A DNA stretch of 64,000 bases from Patescibacteria group bacterium (GTDB lineage Bacteria > Patescibacteriota > Patescibacteriia > UBA9934). Position numbers and translations under genes: made by a program. The stretch is taken from contig JBAQTB010000003.1 of the NCBI GenBank assembly GCA_049296775.1, forward strand, positions 12,766 to 76,765, in the 5' to 3' direction. This document shows positions 28,084 to 36,948 of this stretch, one piece after another. The notes beneath the pieces were generated by a model, which was not told the origin of the DNA, did not search any database, and worked only from the letters and a program-made list of their open reading frames with translations. Numbering within the stretch: position 1 is the stretch's first letter; the number at the start of each line of letters is the position of its first letter.

Positions 28084-28112
28084 AAAAACCGCCAGCGTGT
28101 CTGGCGGTTGAT
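28084..28112. terminator. Bidirectional intrinsic terminator
   Basis: ccgccag/ctggcgg stem. A-tract upstream and T-rich downstream serve both the converging RluA-family gene (+) and 28128..28493 (-). Confidence 0.6.
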
Positions 28113-28127
28113 GGTGACGCATGTTGG

Positions 28128-28493
28128 TCACAGGAGTGTGAGGGTGATGTTTATGGTGGTACATTCTTCTTCCGGTCTGGAGACTTCCTGCTCGGTGTAG
28201 AATCTCATGCGCCAGCCATGCTCGCTGGTCCAGCTGAGATCTTTGACATCGCGCTCCATGAACGTCACGAGGTCGATGCCCAGCGTGAAGATGTTTGTTT
28301 TTCTGACGGTATTATGTTCTAGGCCGATGCACTTGATACTCGCAATCATGAATCGTTGGTGCTGGTTGCGTACGTGGTTGATGACGCACTGTCTACCTAC
28401 CAGTCTTGCTAATCCAGCCGGGCTAGATTCTAGGTTCACGAGTTCTGGTGGAAGGGTAAAATTCTCAATGAGATGATTGTGATGTGGTAGCAT
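28128..28493 (-). CDS. Hypothetical protein
   Basis: 121-aa ORF, no recognised family. Confidence 0.35.
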   Translation of the reverse strand: MLPHHNHLIENFTLPPELVNLESSPAGLARLVGRQCVINHVRNQHQRFMIASIKCIGLEHNTVRKTNIFTLGIDLVTFMERDVKDLSWTSEHGWRMRFYTEQEVSRPEEECTTINITLTLL

Positions 28494-28556
28494 GGTGCCT
28501 CCTTGTCTGGACAGGTAAGCATATTTGTGGCAGATTGGCTAGTTCCAGCGTTCAAT

Positions 28557-29690
28557 ATGGCATCTAAGCCCCGTGTTTTATTGGGAATGTCAGGTGGTGT
28601 CGATAGTTCTGTATCGGCGATTTTGTTGTTAGAACAGGGGTATGAGGTGATTGGGGGGTTTATGAAGAATTGGTCAGATATTGCTGTAGAGACGGATCGA
28701 GGCCAGCAGGAATCACAAGTACTCGGCCGTGACCCGTCTTTAGCTGAGTGTTCGTGGAGGACGGAGCGCCGAGACGCCATGCGAGTGGCAGCGCAACTGG
28801 GGATTGAATTTCATACTTTCGATTTTGAGGCCGATTATCGGAGGTTAGTTTACGAGTACATGATTGCTGAGTACAAGGCCGGTAGAACGCCCAATCCGGA
28901 CGTGCTGTGCAACAAGTACATGAAGTTCGACCTATTCTTGCAGGAAGCAGATAAGCTCGGTTGTGATTTTGTGGCTACCGGCCATTACGCGCGCATAGCA
29001 CATCCCCCCTTGGACAAGGGGGGAGAAAGGGGGGTCGGTAACAGCCGCATGTTCGCCGGAGTCGATGCCAATAAAGATCAGAGTTACTTCTTGTGTCAGC
29101 TCACGCAGCCGCAATTGAAGCGAGTCTTGTTTCCGATTGGCGAGCTTGAAAAAACCCAAGTACGTGACATCGCACACAAGCATGGACTCGTCGTCGCCGA
29201 TAAGAAAGACAGTCAAGGTATTTGTTTTGTCGGCAAGGTCGACATGCAAGATTTTCTTGAGGCTAGGATCCAGCCGCATGCCGGTAACATTGTGACGACG
29301 AGTGGCGAGATTATTGGAGAGCACCGTGGCTTTGAGTTTTACACTATCGGACAACGTGGCGGCCTGGGAGTTGGTGGCGGTACGCCATATTATGTCGTCG
29401 AGCGTCGACCAGAGACTAACGAAGTTATCGTAGCTGTCGGCGATGAGGATCCGGCTTTGTTTAAGTCCGAGCTCGTGGCCACGAATCTCACCGAGACTGT
29501 GGAGGGCAATTTTACCAAGTACGCTGATCAGAAAATCGTGGCCCGTATTCGTTATCGCCAGCCGTTGGCTGCTTGCACTTTTGACGGCTCCAAGGTCGTC
29601 TTCGACCAACCTCAACGCGCCGTGGCTCCAGGGCAATTTATTGCCTTCTATGTTAAGGATGAGTTGATTGGATCTGGTGTGATCGCATAA
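28557..29690 (+). CDS. mnmA: tRNA-specific 2-thiouridylase
   Basis: PP-loop SGGVDSS, catalytic Cys region, C-terminal barrel. Start taken at MASKPRV (28557). Contains G/C homopolymer tracts at 28994..29042. Confidence 0.9.
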   Translation: MASKPRVLLGMSGGVDSSVSAILLLEQGYEVIGGFMKNWSDIAVETDRGQQESQVLGRDPSLAECSWRTERRDAMRVAAQLGIEFHTFDFEADYRRLVYEYMIAEYKAGRTPNPDVLCNKYMKFDLFLQEADKLGCDFVATGHYARIAHPPLDKGGERGVGNSRMFAGVDANKDQSYFLCQLTQPQLKRVLFPIGELEKTQVRDIAHKHGLVVADKKDSQGICFVGKVDMQDFLEARIQPHAGNIVTTSGEIIGEHRGFEFYTIGQRGGLGVGGGTPYYVVERRPETNEVIVAVGDEDPALFKSELVATNLTETVEGNFTKYADQKIVARIRYRQPLAACTFDGSKVVFDQPQRAVAPGQFIAFYVKDELIGSGVIA

Positions 29691-29744
29691 GTCAGGAGCC
29701 GTATTTTCTAGATTTATCTTATCTAGCGTTTAACCCTTCGGGAA

Positions 29745-29990
29745 GATACTTTCTTTACCAGAAAAGAAAGTATCCAAAGAAACTGCCCCGTCTTTAAGTC
29801 TGTCGAGGTTGAAGTTCGTCGTCGCTTCGGGCAAACCCGGCGCTAGTCGATTCCATATTTCTAAGAAAATATCTTATTCGTTGGTATCGGCTAGCACGGG
29901 CTTTGCTATTCCTCAGCTCCCGCCGAACTTCCTAACGTAGCGCTCCTCGACAGACTCCGACGGGGATAGGCGACCCGCCGCTTACCGCCG
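29745..29990 (+). ncRNA. Candidate structured RNA element, copy A, upstream of lepA
   Basis: Perfect 12-bp 5' hairpin gatactttcttt/aaagaaagtatc, then four nested long-range helices P1-P4. About 85% identical to 37782..38024 with compensatory changes in the helices. Confidence 0.6.
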
Positions 29991-30052
29991 TTCCGATGAG
30001 TATTTCACTCGGTGGACACATGTTGGGTTTTCCGCTAAGCTAGGTCCGATTT

Positions 30053-31858
30053 ATGGTCCCACAGTCCCGCATCCGTAACTTTTGTATTATTGCCCACATC
30101 GATCATGGAAAGTCGACACTTTCTGATCGGTTGCTTGAGGTTACTGGCACCGTGCAGAGCAGACAGATGAAGGAACAGTTGTTGGATTCCATGGATATTG
30201 AACGTGAGCGTGGCATTACGATTAAGTTGGCGCCGGCCAGGATGCAATGGAAAAAGGCCGATACAGAATTTACCCTGAACTTAATTGATACACCTGGACA
30301 CATTGATTTTAACTACGAAGTATCGCGATCACTTGCCGCTGTTGATGGCGCCGTCTTGCTTGTCGATGCCACGCAAGGGGTGCAGGCTCAAACCATTGCT
30401 AACTTGTATCTCGCACTTGAGGAAGAGCTGGAGATTATTCCGGTCCTGAATAAAATCGACCTTCCAGCTGCTGACGTTCCACGTCGTAAGGCTGAGCTTG
30501 TTAAGTTACTTGGTTGTTCCGAGGACGAGATTTTAGCTGTTTCGGGCAAGACCGGCGAGGGCGTTAGGGAATTGCTTGATAAGATTGTAGACAAGATTCC
30601 GGCACCCAATGGTCGACCAGACGCGCCGGCTAGAGCAGTCATTTTCGATTCTGCCTATGACGACTACAAGGGCGTCGTGGCGTATATTCGAGTTGTTGAT
30701 GGTAGTTTCAAGAAGCGAGACAAGCTTAAATTAATCGCCACGCAAGCTGATGGCGAAATTCTTGAGATTGGTGCTTTGAAGCCCAAGTTTTTTCCGTTAG
30801 ATGAACTTGAGACCGGACAGATCGGTTACGTAGTGACGGGGCTTAAAGATATTCGGGCGTGTCGCGTGGGTGATACGTTCACGGTAGGTAATAGTTCAGC
30901 GGGAGTAGAGCCATTGCCGGGCTACAGAGAGGTCAAGCCGATGGTTTTTGCGGGAGTGTTCCCGGCACAAGGTGATGAGTACGGTGCCTTGCGTGATGCC
31001 ATGGACAGATTGAAATTAAATGACGCCGCGCTCGTTTACGATCCGGAGCATTCACCGGCGCTGGGGTACGGTTTCCGCTGTGGTTTTTTGGGCATGCTGC
31101 ATCTTGAGATTCTGAAAGAGCGACTGTCGCGCGAATACAATTTGGATTTGGTGGTGACTTTGCCGTCCGTAGCTTATCGAGTTTACGAGCAGGGTAAGCC
31201 GGAGTATCGAGTTATCAAAGGCGCCTTGGATTTGCCGGATCCAGCGCATATGGACAAGATTGAAGAGCCTTGGGCTAGGGTCGACGTGATTGTGCCAACA
31301 GACTTTATTGGTAACGTCATGACGTTAGCGCAGGACCGGCACGGTATTTACTTAACGACTGAGTATTTGTCTGAAGGCCGGGCTTTGATTAAATACGAGT
31401 TACCACTGGCGGCGATTATTGTTGACTTTAACGATAAGCTGAAGAGCGTCACGAGCGGATATGCTTCCATGAGTTACGAGATTTTTGATTACAGAGAGGC
31501 AGATATTGTGAAGCTGGATATCATGGTAGCAGAGGATACGGTGGATGCGTTTTCAACCTTGGTTTACAGGAGTGAAGCAGAAAGTTCTGGCCGGAGATTG
31601 CTTGAGATTTTGAAGGACTCAATTCCGCGCGCGCAATTTGTGATCAAATTACAAGCCGCCATTAGCGGTAAGATTGTAGCCGCAGAAAGAATTTCCGCCG
31701 TGAGCAAAGATGTCACGAGCGGTTTATACGGCGGTGACTATACGCGTAAATTAAAGTTGTTACAGAAACAGAAGAAGGGCAAGAAGAAGATGATGGCCAT
31801 GGGTGTGGGCAGTGTTGAGATTCCGGGTGAGGCGTATTTGAAAGTTTTGAAGCGCTAA
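30053..31858 (+). CDS. lepA: Elongation factor 4 (LepA)
   Basis: IIAHIDHGKST, DTPGH, NKID GTPase motifs and LepA C-terminal domain; 601 aa. Confidence 0.95.
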   Translation: MVPQSRIRNFCIIAHIDHGKSTLSDRLLEVTGTVQSRQMKEQLLDSMDIERERGITIKLAPARMQWKKADTEFTLNLIDTPGHIDFNYEVSRSLAAVDGAVLLVDATQGVQAQTIANLYLALEEELEIIPVLNKIDLPAADVPRRKAELVKLLGCSEDEILAVSGKTGEGVRELLDKIVDKIPAPNGRPDAPARAVIFDSAYDDYKGVVAYIRVVDGSFKKRDKLKLIATQADGEILEIGALKPKFFPLDELETGQIGYVVTGLKDIRACRVGDTFTVGNSSAGVEPLPGYREVKPMVFAGVFPAQGDEYGALRDAMDRLKLNDAALVYDPEHSPALGYGFRCGFLGMLHLEILKERLSREYNLDLVVTLPSVAYRVYEQGKPEYRVIKGALDLPDPAHMDKIEEPWARVDVIVPTDFIGNVMTLAQDRHGIYLTTEYLSEGRALIKYELPLAAIIVDFNDKLKSVTSGYASMSYEIFDYREADIVKLDIMVAEDTVDAFSTLVYRSEAESSGRRLLEILKDSIPRAQFVIKLQAAISGKIVAAERISAVSKDVTSGLYGGDYTRKLKLLQKQKKGKKKMMAMGVGSVEIPGEAYLKVLKR

Positions 31859-31889
31859 AAGAAAGCGGCCCCGCGTATTGCTGGGGCCG
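31855..31889 (-). terminator. Intrinsic terminator for the minus-strand gene ending at 31903 (possibly bidirectional)
   Basis: cggcccc/ggggccg stem. On the minus strand it is followed by CUUUCUUUUAGC. Confidence 0.5.
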
Positions 31890-31902
31890 TAAGACGAATG
31901 AG

Positions 31903-32544
31903 TCACGCTTCTGCTCCTGAGGTACGACTGCGTTTGCAAATCTCGAATTGGACCAGGACAAAGATCCAATTGTTTGCTTCGTTGCCTCGGCGGAGTAGCT
32001 CGAGACTTGAGTTTCTTGTTTTCTTACCCACTCGTAGGGGTAAGTGAGCCTCGTGTGGTGTCAGTGCCACGTAGGTTTCGCCCAGCTCTTTGTTGATCGT
32101 ATGCGGGATCCGTTCGTTGTAGTGACGTCGGCCGTACTCAGGATCCGTGATCACTACATGTGGTTCATCTTGATCATATCGCTGTCGTGGCTTGTCACTG
32201 GCCATGTGACCTCCCGAGTGAGGGGGCGGATGTGAATTCTCGGGTTGTATTACGGCAGAAACACGGGTTTCTGTCAAGGTATTAGCCAGATGTTCTAGCC
32301 TCCTTTGGTAACGGTATTCCCTGACCAATCTTTGGCTGACATTGATTGGCAAAGGAAAGTAGTAACGTTGATCGTTACACAGAGCTTCATAGCCGCAGGC
32401 TATGTAAGCCTCGGGATCAGTCCCAGGATCTTCCGGAGACAAGATGGCGTAGGTGACGCCGTTTTCCTCCAGATTGCTGGCGATCAGAATGAAATGGTGG
32501 TACTGGTCTGGTTGCTCGGGGTCTAAGGCGAGTTGAATCGACAT
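31903..32544 (-). CDS. Hypothetical protein
   Basis: 213-aa ORF, no recognised family. Confidence 0.35.
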   Translation of the reverse strand: MSIQLALDPEQPDQYHHFILIASNLEENGVTYAILSPEDPGTDPEAYIACGYEALCNDQRYYFPLPINVSQRLVREYRYQRRLEHLANTLTETRVSAVIQPENSHPPPHSGGHMASDKPRQRYDQDEPHVVITDPEYGRRHYNERIPHTINKELGETYVALTPHEAHLPLRVGKKTRNSSLELLRRGNEANNWIFVLVQFEICKRSRTSGAEA

Positions 32545-32593
32545 GTTGACCTCCTGTTTGAGGATACACCTAGTTGCTAATCCCCAGAAGGGG

Positions 32594-32622
32594 CTGACAA
32601 AAAGGCTGGCTAAGTTTATACT
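32594..32622 (+). promoter_or_regulatory. Near-consensus sigma-70 promoter (cTGACA-N17-TATAcT)
   Basis: ctgaca at 32594-32599, 17-nt spacer, tatact at 32617-32622. The predicted TSS coincides with the ATG at 32629. Confidence 0.5.
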
Positions 32623-32628
32623 TTATCT

Positions 32629-32727
32629 ATGCAAAAGCAAACGCAAGCTATCCGCAGAATTTGGGCCATAATGGCGATTTTAATGATCTTCTCCATGCTG
32701 GTATCCATGTTTGCGTACGCGCTTTAG
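32629..32727 (+). CDS. 32-aa hydrophobic small ORF, probably leaderless, upstream of recJ
   Basis: MQKQTQAIRRIWAIMAILMIFSMLVSMFAYAL*. Below the 60-aa cutoff of the ORF track; single TM helix. Confidence 0.35.
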   Translation: MQKQTQAIRRIWAIMAILMIFSMLVSMFAYAL

Positions 32728-32784
32728 TGCCTAACCTGGCCCCATAAACTTTGTGCGGCTAAGTTAAGCTCTAAAGGTGTTATC

Positions 32785-34485
32785 GTGTCTAAAGTTTGGA
32801 ATATTCAGCCACGGACTGAAGAGTCTGTTTTACGACAGATTTTGGTAAATCGAAAGGTCTTAGAGACTGATTTCGAGCATTTTTTGCTTCCAGATTGGGA
32901 ACGGGACACCTATTCTCCCGCGGATTTTGCGCACATGACCGCCGCCGTGGCTAAAGTTTTACAGTCTTTGGTAGCCGGGGACAAAGTAGTTATTCATGGC
33001 GATTATGACGCTGACGGTGTGTGCGGTTCCACGGTTTTGTTTACGACTTTGCGAGAAATTTGTGAACGTTTAAAGTTACCTTTTAACGTGGAAGTCTTTT
33101 TACCTGATCGTGAGAAGGATGGTTATGGCGTGGTCATGCACACCATTGAGCGGTTAGCGGCGGAGGGGGTGAAATTACTCATCACTGTGGATTGCGGCAT
33201 TGCGAATGGTTTAGAGCTGGGGCGGGCGCATGCTTTAGGTTTAGCGGTGGTTATTTGCGATCACCACCAAATGGGCGAACATTATCCGGAGCACGCGATT
33301 GTTCTGCATCCATTAGCGCCTGGGGAAACGTATACAAATAAGGTGTTGTGTGGCACGGGCGTGGCGTTTAAATTAGCTTCAGGATTATTGGCAGGAGCTC
33401 GGGAGCGGGGGGCAGATTTTCCGGTCGGTCATGAAAAATGGCTTTTGGATTTAGTCGCCATTGCGACGGTGACGGACGTGGTGCCGTTACTCGGTGAGAA
33501 TCGGGCTTTGGAGTTTTACGGTTTACAAGTTTTGCGGAAGACGCGACGGCCAGGCTTGAAGGCGATTTTGCAAGTAGCCGGGACGGAGCCGGGCGCTGTC
33601 GACACGCAGGCAATTGGCTTCAGGATTGGTCCGCGCTTGAATGCGGCGGGTAGATTAGCTTCCGCTAGATTAGCCTTTAATACTTTGGCGGCCGTGACGG
33701 AAGATACAGCTAGTCAGGCGGCACTGGAATTAGAACGTTTAAACAAAGAACGTCAACAAGTGTTTGCCGCAGCTTACGAGGAAGCTAAAGTTAAGGCGAA
33801 TGAACTTAAGGATGAGGCTACGGTTTTGGTGGTTTACGGCGAGACTTGGTTGCCGGGTATTGTGGGGTTGATCGCTGGTAGATTGGTGTCAGATTACGGT
33901 TTACCAGCTTTTGCGTTTGCTAAAGTGGGGGAGCATTTTGTGGGTTCGGGACGGAGTTTGGGTGGTTTGCATTTAGTGAAGGCCATGGAGGCGTGTGGTG
34001 ATATGTTCGTGAAACGCGGTGGACATCCGCAGGCGTGTGGATTGACTTTAGAGTCATTGAGCAGAGTGGACGAATTTAGAGAGAAGATGAATGTGTTCGC
34101 TGGCCAACATTTTGGTGAAGCGGGTGTCAAAGATACGCTCTTGATTGATGCTGAGTTGCCGTTTGATCAGGTCACGGATGCGCTGTATGTCGAGCTTCAG
34201 AAATGCGCTCCTTTTGGTGAGGGTAATCGACCACCAGTCTTTGCTTATCAGAACGTGAGTGTGATTGGGGCGGACACTATGGGGGTTAATGGCGCCCATT
34301 TGCGTTTGAGCGTGGTACCGTCTGAAGGCGGTTTACATAAATTGGTGGGCTTTGGGTTTGGTCATTTGGCTAAGCAGATTAAAATTGGGAGTCCGGTCAA
34401 CGTAGCTTACGAAATCGAGATGAATGAATGGAATGGTAAAAAATCCTTGCAGTTTAGGTTGGTGGATGTGCAGTTGCTCACTTAA
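32785..34485 (+). CDS. recJ: Single-stranded-DNA-specific exonuclease RecJ
   Basis: DHH motifs (VIHGDYDADGV, DHH...) and DHHA1 domain. GTG start. Confidence 0.9.
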   Translation: MSKVWNIQPRTEESVLRQILVNRKVLETDFEHFLLPDWERDTYSPADFAHMTAAVAKVLQSLVAGDKVVIHGDYDADGVCGSTVLFTTLREICERLKLPFNVEVFLPDREKDGYGVVMHTIERLAAEGVKLLITVDCGIANGLELGRAHALGLAVVICDHHQMGEHYPEHAIVLHPLAPGETYTNKVLCGTGVAFKLASGLLAGARERGADFPVGHEKWLLDLVAIATVTDVVPLLGENRALEFYGLQVLRKTRRPGLKAILQVAGTEPGAVDTQAIGFRIGPRLNAAGRLASARLAFNTLAAVTEDTASQAALELERLNKERQQVFAAAYEEAKVKANELKDEATVLVVYGETWLPGIVGLIAGRLVSDYGLPAFAFAKVGEHFVGSGRSLGGLHLVKAMEACGDMFVKRGGHPQACGLTLESLSRVDEFREKMNVFAGQHFGEAGVKDTLLIDAELPFDQVTDALYVELQKCAPFGEGNRPPVFAYQNVSVIGADTMGVNGAHLRLSVVPSEGGLHKLVGFGFGHLAKQIKIGSPVNVAYEIEMNEWNGKKSLQFRLVDVQLLT

Positions 34486-34493
34486 TTAGGTGT

Positions 34494-34925
34494 ATGTTGA
34501 AAAAAGTACGCATGTACGCAGATGGCGGCTCACGCGGGAATCCTGGTCCGTCAGCCGGGGCGGCGGTGTTATTTGCGATTAAAGATAACGATGATACTGG
34601 TGAGCGGGTGGGGGAGTCGGCAAAGTTCTTAGGCATTGCAACGAATAATCAGGCGGAATACACGGGCATTATCGAGGGTCTTAGAAAAGCCCATGAACTT
34701 GGGTACAATGAAGTCGAGGCCAGGTTGGACTCAGAGCTGGCCGTGCGCCAATTGAATGGCCAGTACAAGGTCAAAAATCCAGAATTAGCTAAATTGTTTT
34801 TACAAATTTACAATCTCAAACAACATTTTAGAAAAGTTACTTTCACTCATGTTAGACGTGAGTATAACGTGGAGGCCGATGCGCTCGTGAATAAGACCTT
34901 AGATGAGATGGTTAACATGCTATAA
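34494..34925 (+). CDS. rnhA: Ribonuclease HI
   Basis: DGGSRGNPG, catalytic DEDD pattern, NQAEY. Confidence 0.85.
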   Translation: MLKKVRMYADGGSRGNPGPSAGAAVLFAIKDNDDTGERVGESAKFLGIATNNQAEYTGIIEGLRKAHELGYNEVEARLDSELAVRQLNGQYKVKNPELAKLFLQIYNLKQHFRKVTFTHVRREYNVEADALVNKTLDEMVNML

Positions 34926-34936
34926 TCCCATTAACT

Positions 34937-36061
34937 ATGGGCTTGTTTGGTAAGAAAAAAATCGAGCGCTTTGAAGGTACGTTGGGTGTTGATGTGGGTA
35001 CCTCTGGCATTAAAGTGGTAGAAATCGTTGCGGAGAACGGTAGACTTAGGTTATCTAGATACGGTTATTCGCAATTAGTGACGGCGGTTAAGCCGGATAC
35101 GGCCTTGATTGATGACGCGCCTAGGGCCGCGGAGACTTTGCAACGCATCATGAAGGAGTCAAACATGCGGGGCCAGAAGGCGGTGGCGTCATTGCCGAGC
35201 TCCAAGGTGTTTCACGCCATGATCACCTTGCCGGTACCAAAAGATCCCAAAGAAGACTTGAAACCGATCATTGAAGCTCAGGCCCGTAAACTTTTGCCGT
35301 TGCCGCTAGAGGAGATGATTTTAGATTCGAATATTTTAGATAAGGATTTGTTACCTAAGGCGCAGGGAGCGCAGCCGGCTGAGGCTAGTGCGCAACCGCT
35401 TGATAAAAGCAAGAAATATATTCGAGTGTTATTGACGGGTGCGCCTAAAACTTTGGTCGCTAAGTACGTTGAGATGTTTAAGCTGGCTAAATTAGAGCTA
35501 GTCTCTTTGGAGACGGAAATTTTTGCGGTCATTAGATCTTTAGTCGGAAAAGATAAATCGCGGATCATGATTGTGGACATGGGAGCAAATCGTACGAATA
35601 TTGCGGTGGTCGATAAAGGCGTGCCGTATTTAACGCGGGGCATTAAGACGGGTGGTAACGCGATTACTCAGGCTTTGGCGGCGAGTATGGGGGTGTCATT
35701 TGAGGAGGCTGAGGCCATGAAATTGGATCTATCTTTTTCTGCTAATCAAACCTTACCGGCACCATTAGAGCAGGCTATCAAGCCGATGTTGCATGAATTG
35801 CAATACGCGTTACAGCTCTACGCTGAGCAGGAATTTCATGACAACAGCACGGTTGAGAAGATTATTATTACCGGCGGATCTTCTCATGTCCCTGGGTTGG
35901 TTCCGTATTTGACGGCGGCCCTGAACGTGAACGTGTATCACGGTGATCCATGGGCTAGGGTAGCTACAGTTCCAGAAGCTAGGCCGGTGTTGGATGAAGT
36001 TGGACCCCGTTTAGCGGTGGCGATTGGTTTGGCTATGCATGACCATGACCCCAAGGTATGA
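34937..36061 (+). CDS. pilM: Type IV pilus assembly protein PilM
   Basis: Actin-like ATPase fold (LGVDVGTSGIKVVE, IVDMGANRTN). Confidence 0.8.
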   Translation: MGLFGKKKIERFEGTLGVDVGTSGIKVVEIVAENGRLRLSRYGYSQLVTAVKPDTALIDDAPRAAETLQRIMKESNMRGQKAVASLPSSKVFHAMITLPVPKDPKEDLKPIIEAQARKLLPLPLEEMILDSNILDKDLLPKAQGAQPAEASAQPLDKSKKYIRVLLTGAPKTLVAKYVEMFKLAKLELVSLETEIFAVIRSLVGKDKSRIMIVDMGANRTNIAVVDKGVPYLTRGIKTGGNAITQALAASMGVSFEEAEAMKLDLSFSANQTLPAPLEQAIKPMLHELQYALQLYAEQEFHDNSTVEKIIITGGSSHVPGLVPYLTAALNVNVYHGDPWARVATVPEARPVLDEVGPRLAVAIGLAMHDHDPKV

Positions 36062-36441
36062 CGCAGGCTAAGCCGGGGATATTGCTATTGATGCCGGATG
36101 CTCGTTTACGAGATATTTACGTATCTAGGTTTGAACGTGATGGTTGGGAGGTGGAAGAAGCTGCTAGTTTGCTAGACGCTGAAAGACGTGCGGTACAATT
36201 AAGGCCAGCCGTCCTGTTTATTCATCATGTCTTGTTAGAAGACATTAAGGGCGCGTTCAAGCGCTTGCGTTCATTGCCGACTTTGCAGCAGACCAAGATC
36301 GTCGTGGCCGATAGGCATATGTCTCGTGCCGCGGTGGATGAGGTTTTGCAAGCCGGTGCGCATGAGGTGGTCATGACCGCCCATATGACCCCACGCTCAT
36401 TAGTGAAACGCATGAATCAAATCACTGATACAGACTTATGA
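36058..36441 (+). CDS. Pseudo-receiver (REC-like) domain protein in the pilus operon
   Basis: REC-like alternation (ILLLMPD, VLFIHHVLLED, TKIVVA). The phospho-acceptor Asp and the Thr/Lys positions are not conserved. 4-nt overlaps with both neighbours. Confidence 0.45.
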   Translation: MTQAKPGILLLMPDARLRDIYVSRFERDGWEVEEAASLLDAERRAVQLRPAVLFIHHVLLEDIKGAFKRLRSLPTLQQTKIVVADRHMSRAAVDEVLQAGAHEVVMTAHMTPRSLVKRMNQITDTDL

Positions 36442-36944
36442 CAAAGATTGAATTATTGAGTGTCGGCTTGGTTATTGGAGTGGTGGGTTTAGTGTCTAGT
36501 TTAGCGATTGGTTCTGCTAGGCAGCATACGCGTGATGTCACGCGTTTGGCGCATGTCAGAGAATTGCAAATTGGACTGGAGTTATTTTTTAACGATCACG
36601 CCGCGTATCCGGTGGTTGCGGAAGCGACGCCACTTGGCAGAACCACCACGGCGTGTTTGTCCGGCGATGGTTTTGGGGCACCGTGTGCTGTCAGTGACAC
36701 GCAGACGGCGTACGTGGAGTTTGTGCCAGCTCCGCCAACCAAGGGTCTCAAAGGCAAATCCAGTTGCGGGGGCGTTAAGGATGCTTATTGTTACAGTAGT
36801 GATGCTGAAAATTTTGCGGTGCAATTTGAACTGGAAGCAGGGAATAGCTTGTTGAAACTCCAGAAGGGCGAGAATTGTGTGACTGAAGCTGGTCTTAAGG
36901 CTGGTGCCTGTCCGCTGCTTACGCCAGTAGCCACTGAAGAGTAA
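36438..36944 (+). CDS. Type IV pilin-like protein (atypical N-terminus)
   Basis: N-terminal hydrophobic helix MTKIELLSVGLVIGVVGLVSS (IELL as in the pilin TLIE core, but no G before it). Several Cys pairs in the C-terminal domain. Confidence 0.45.
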   Translation: MTKIELLSVGLVIGVVGLVSSLAIGSARQHTRDVTRLAHVRELQIGLELFFNDHAAYPVVAEATPLGRTTTACLSGDGFGAPCAVSDTQTAYVEFVPAPPTKGLKGKSSCGGVKDAYCYSSDAENFAVQFELEAGNSLLKLQKGENCVTEAGLKAGACPLLTPVATEE

Positions 36945-36948
36945 GCTT

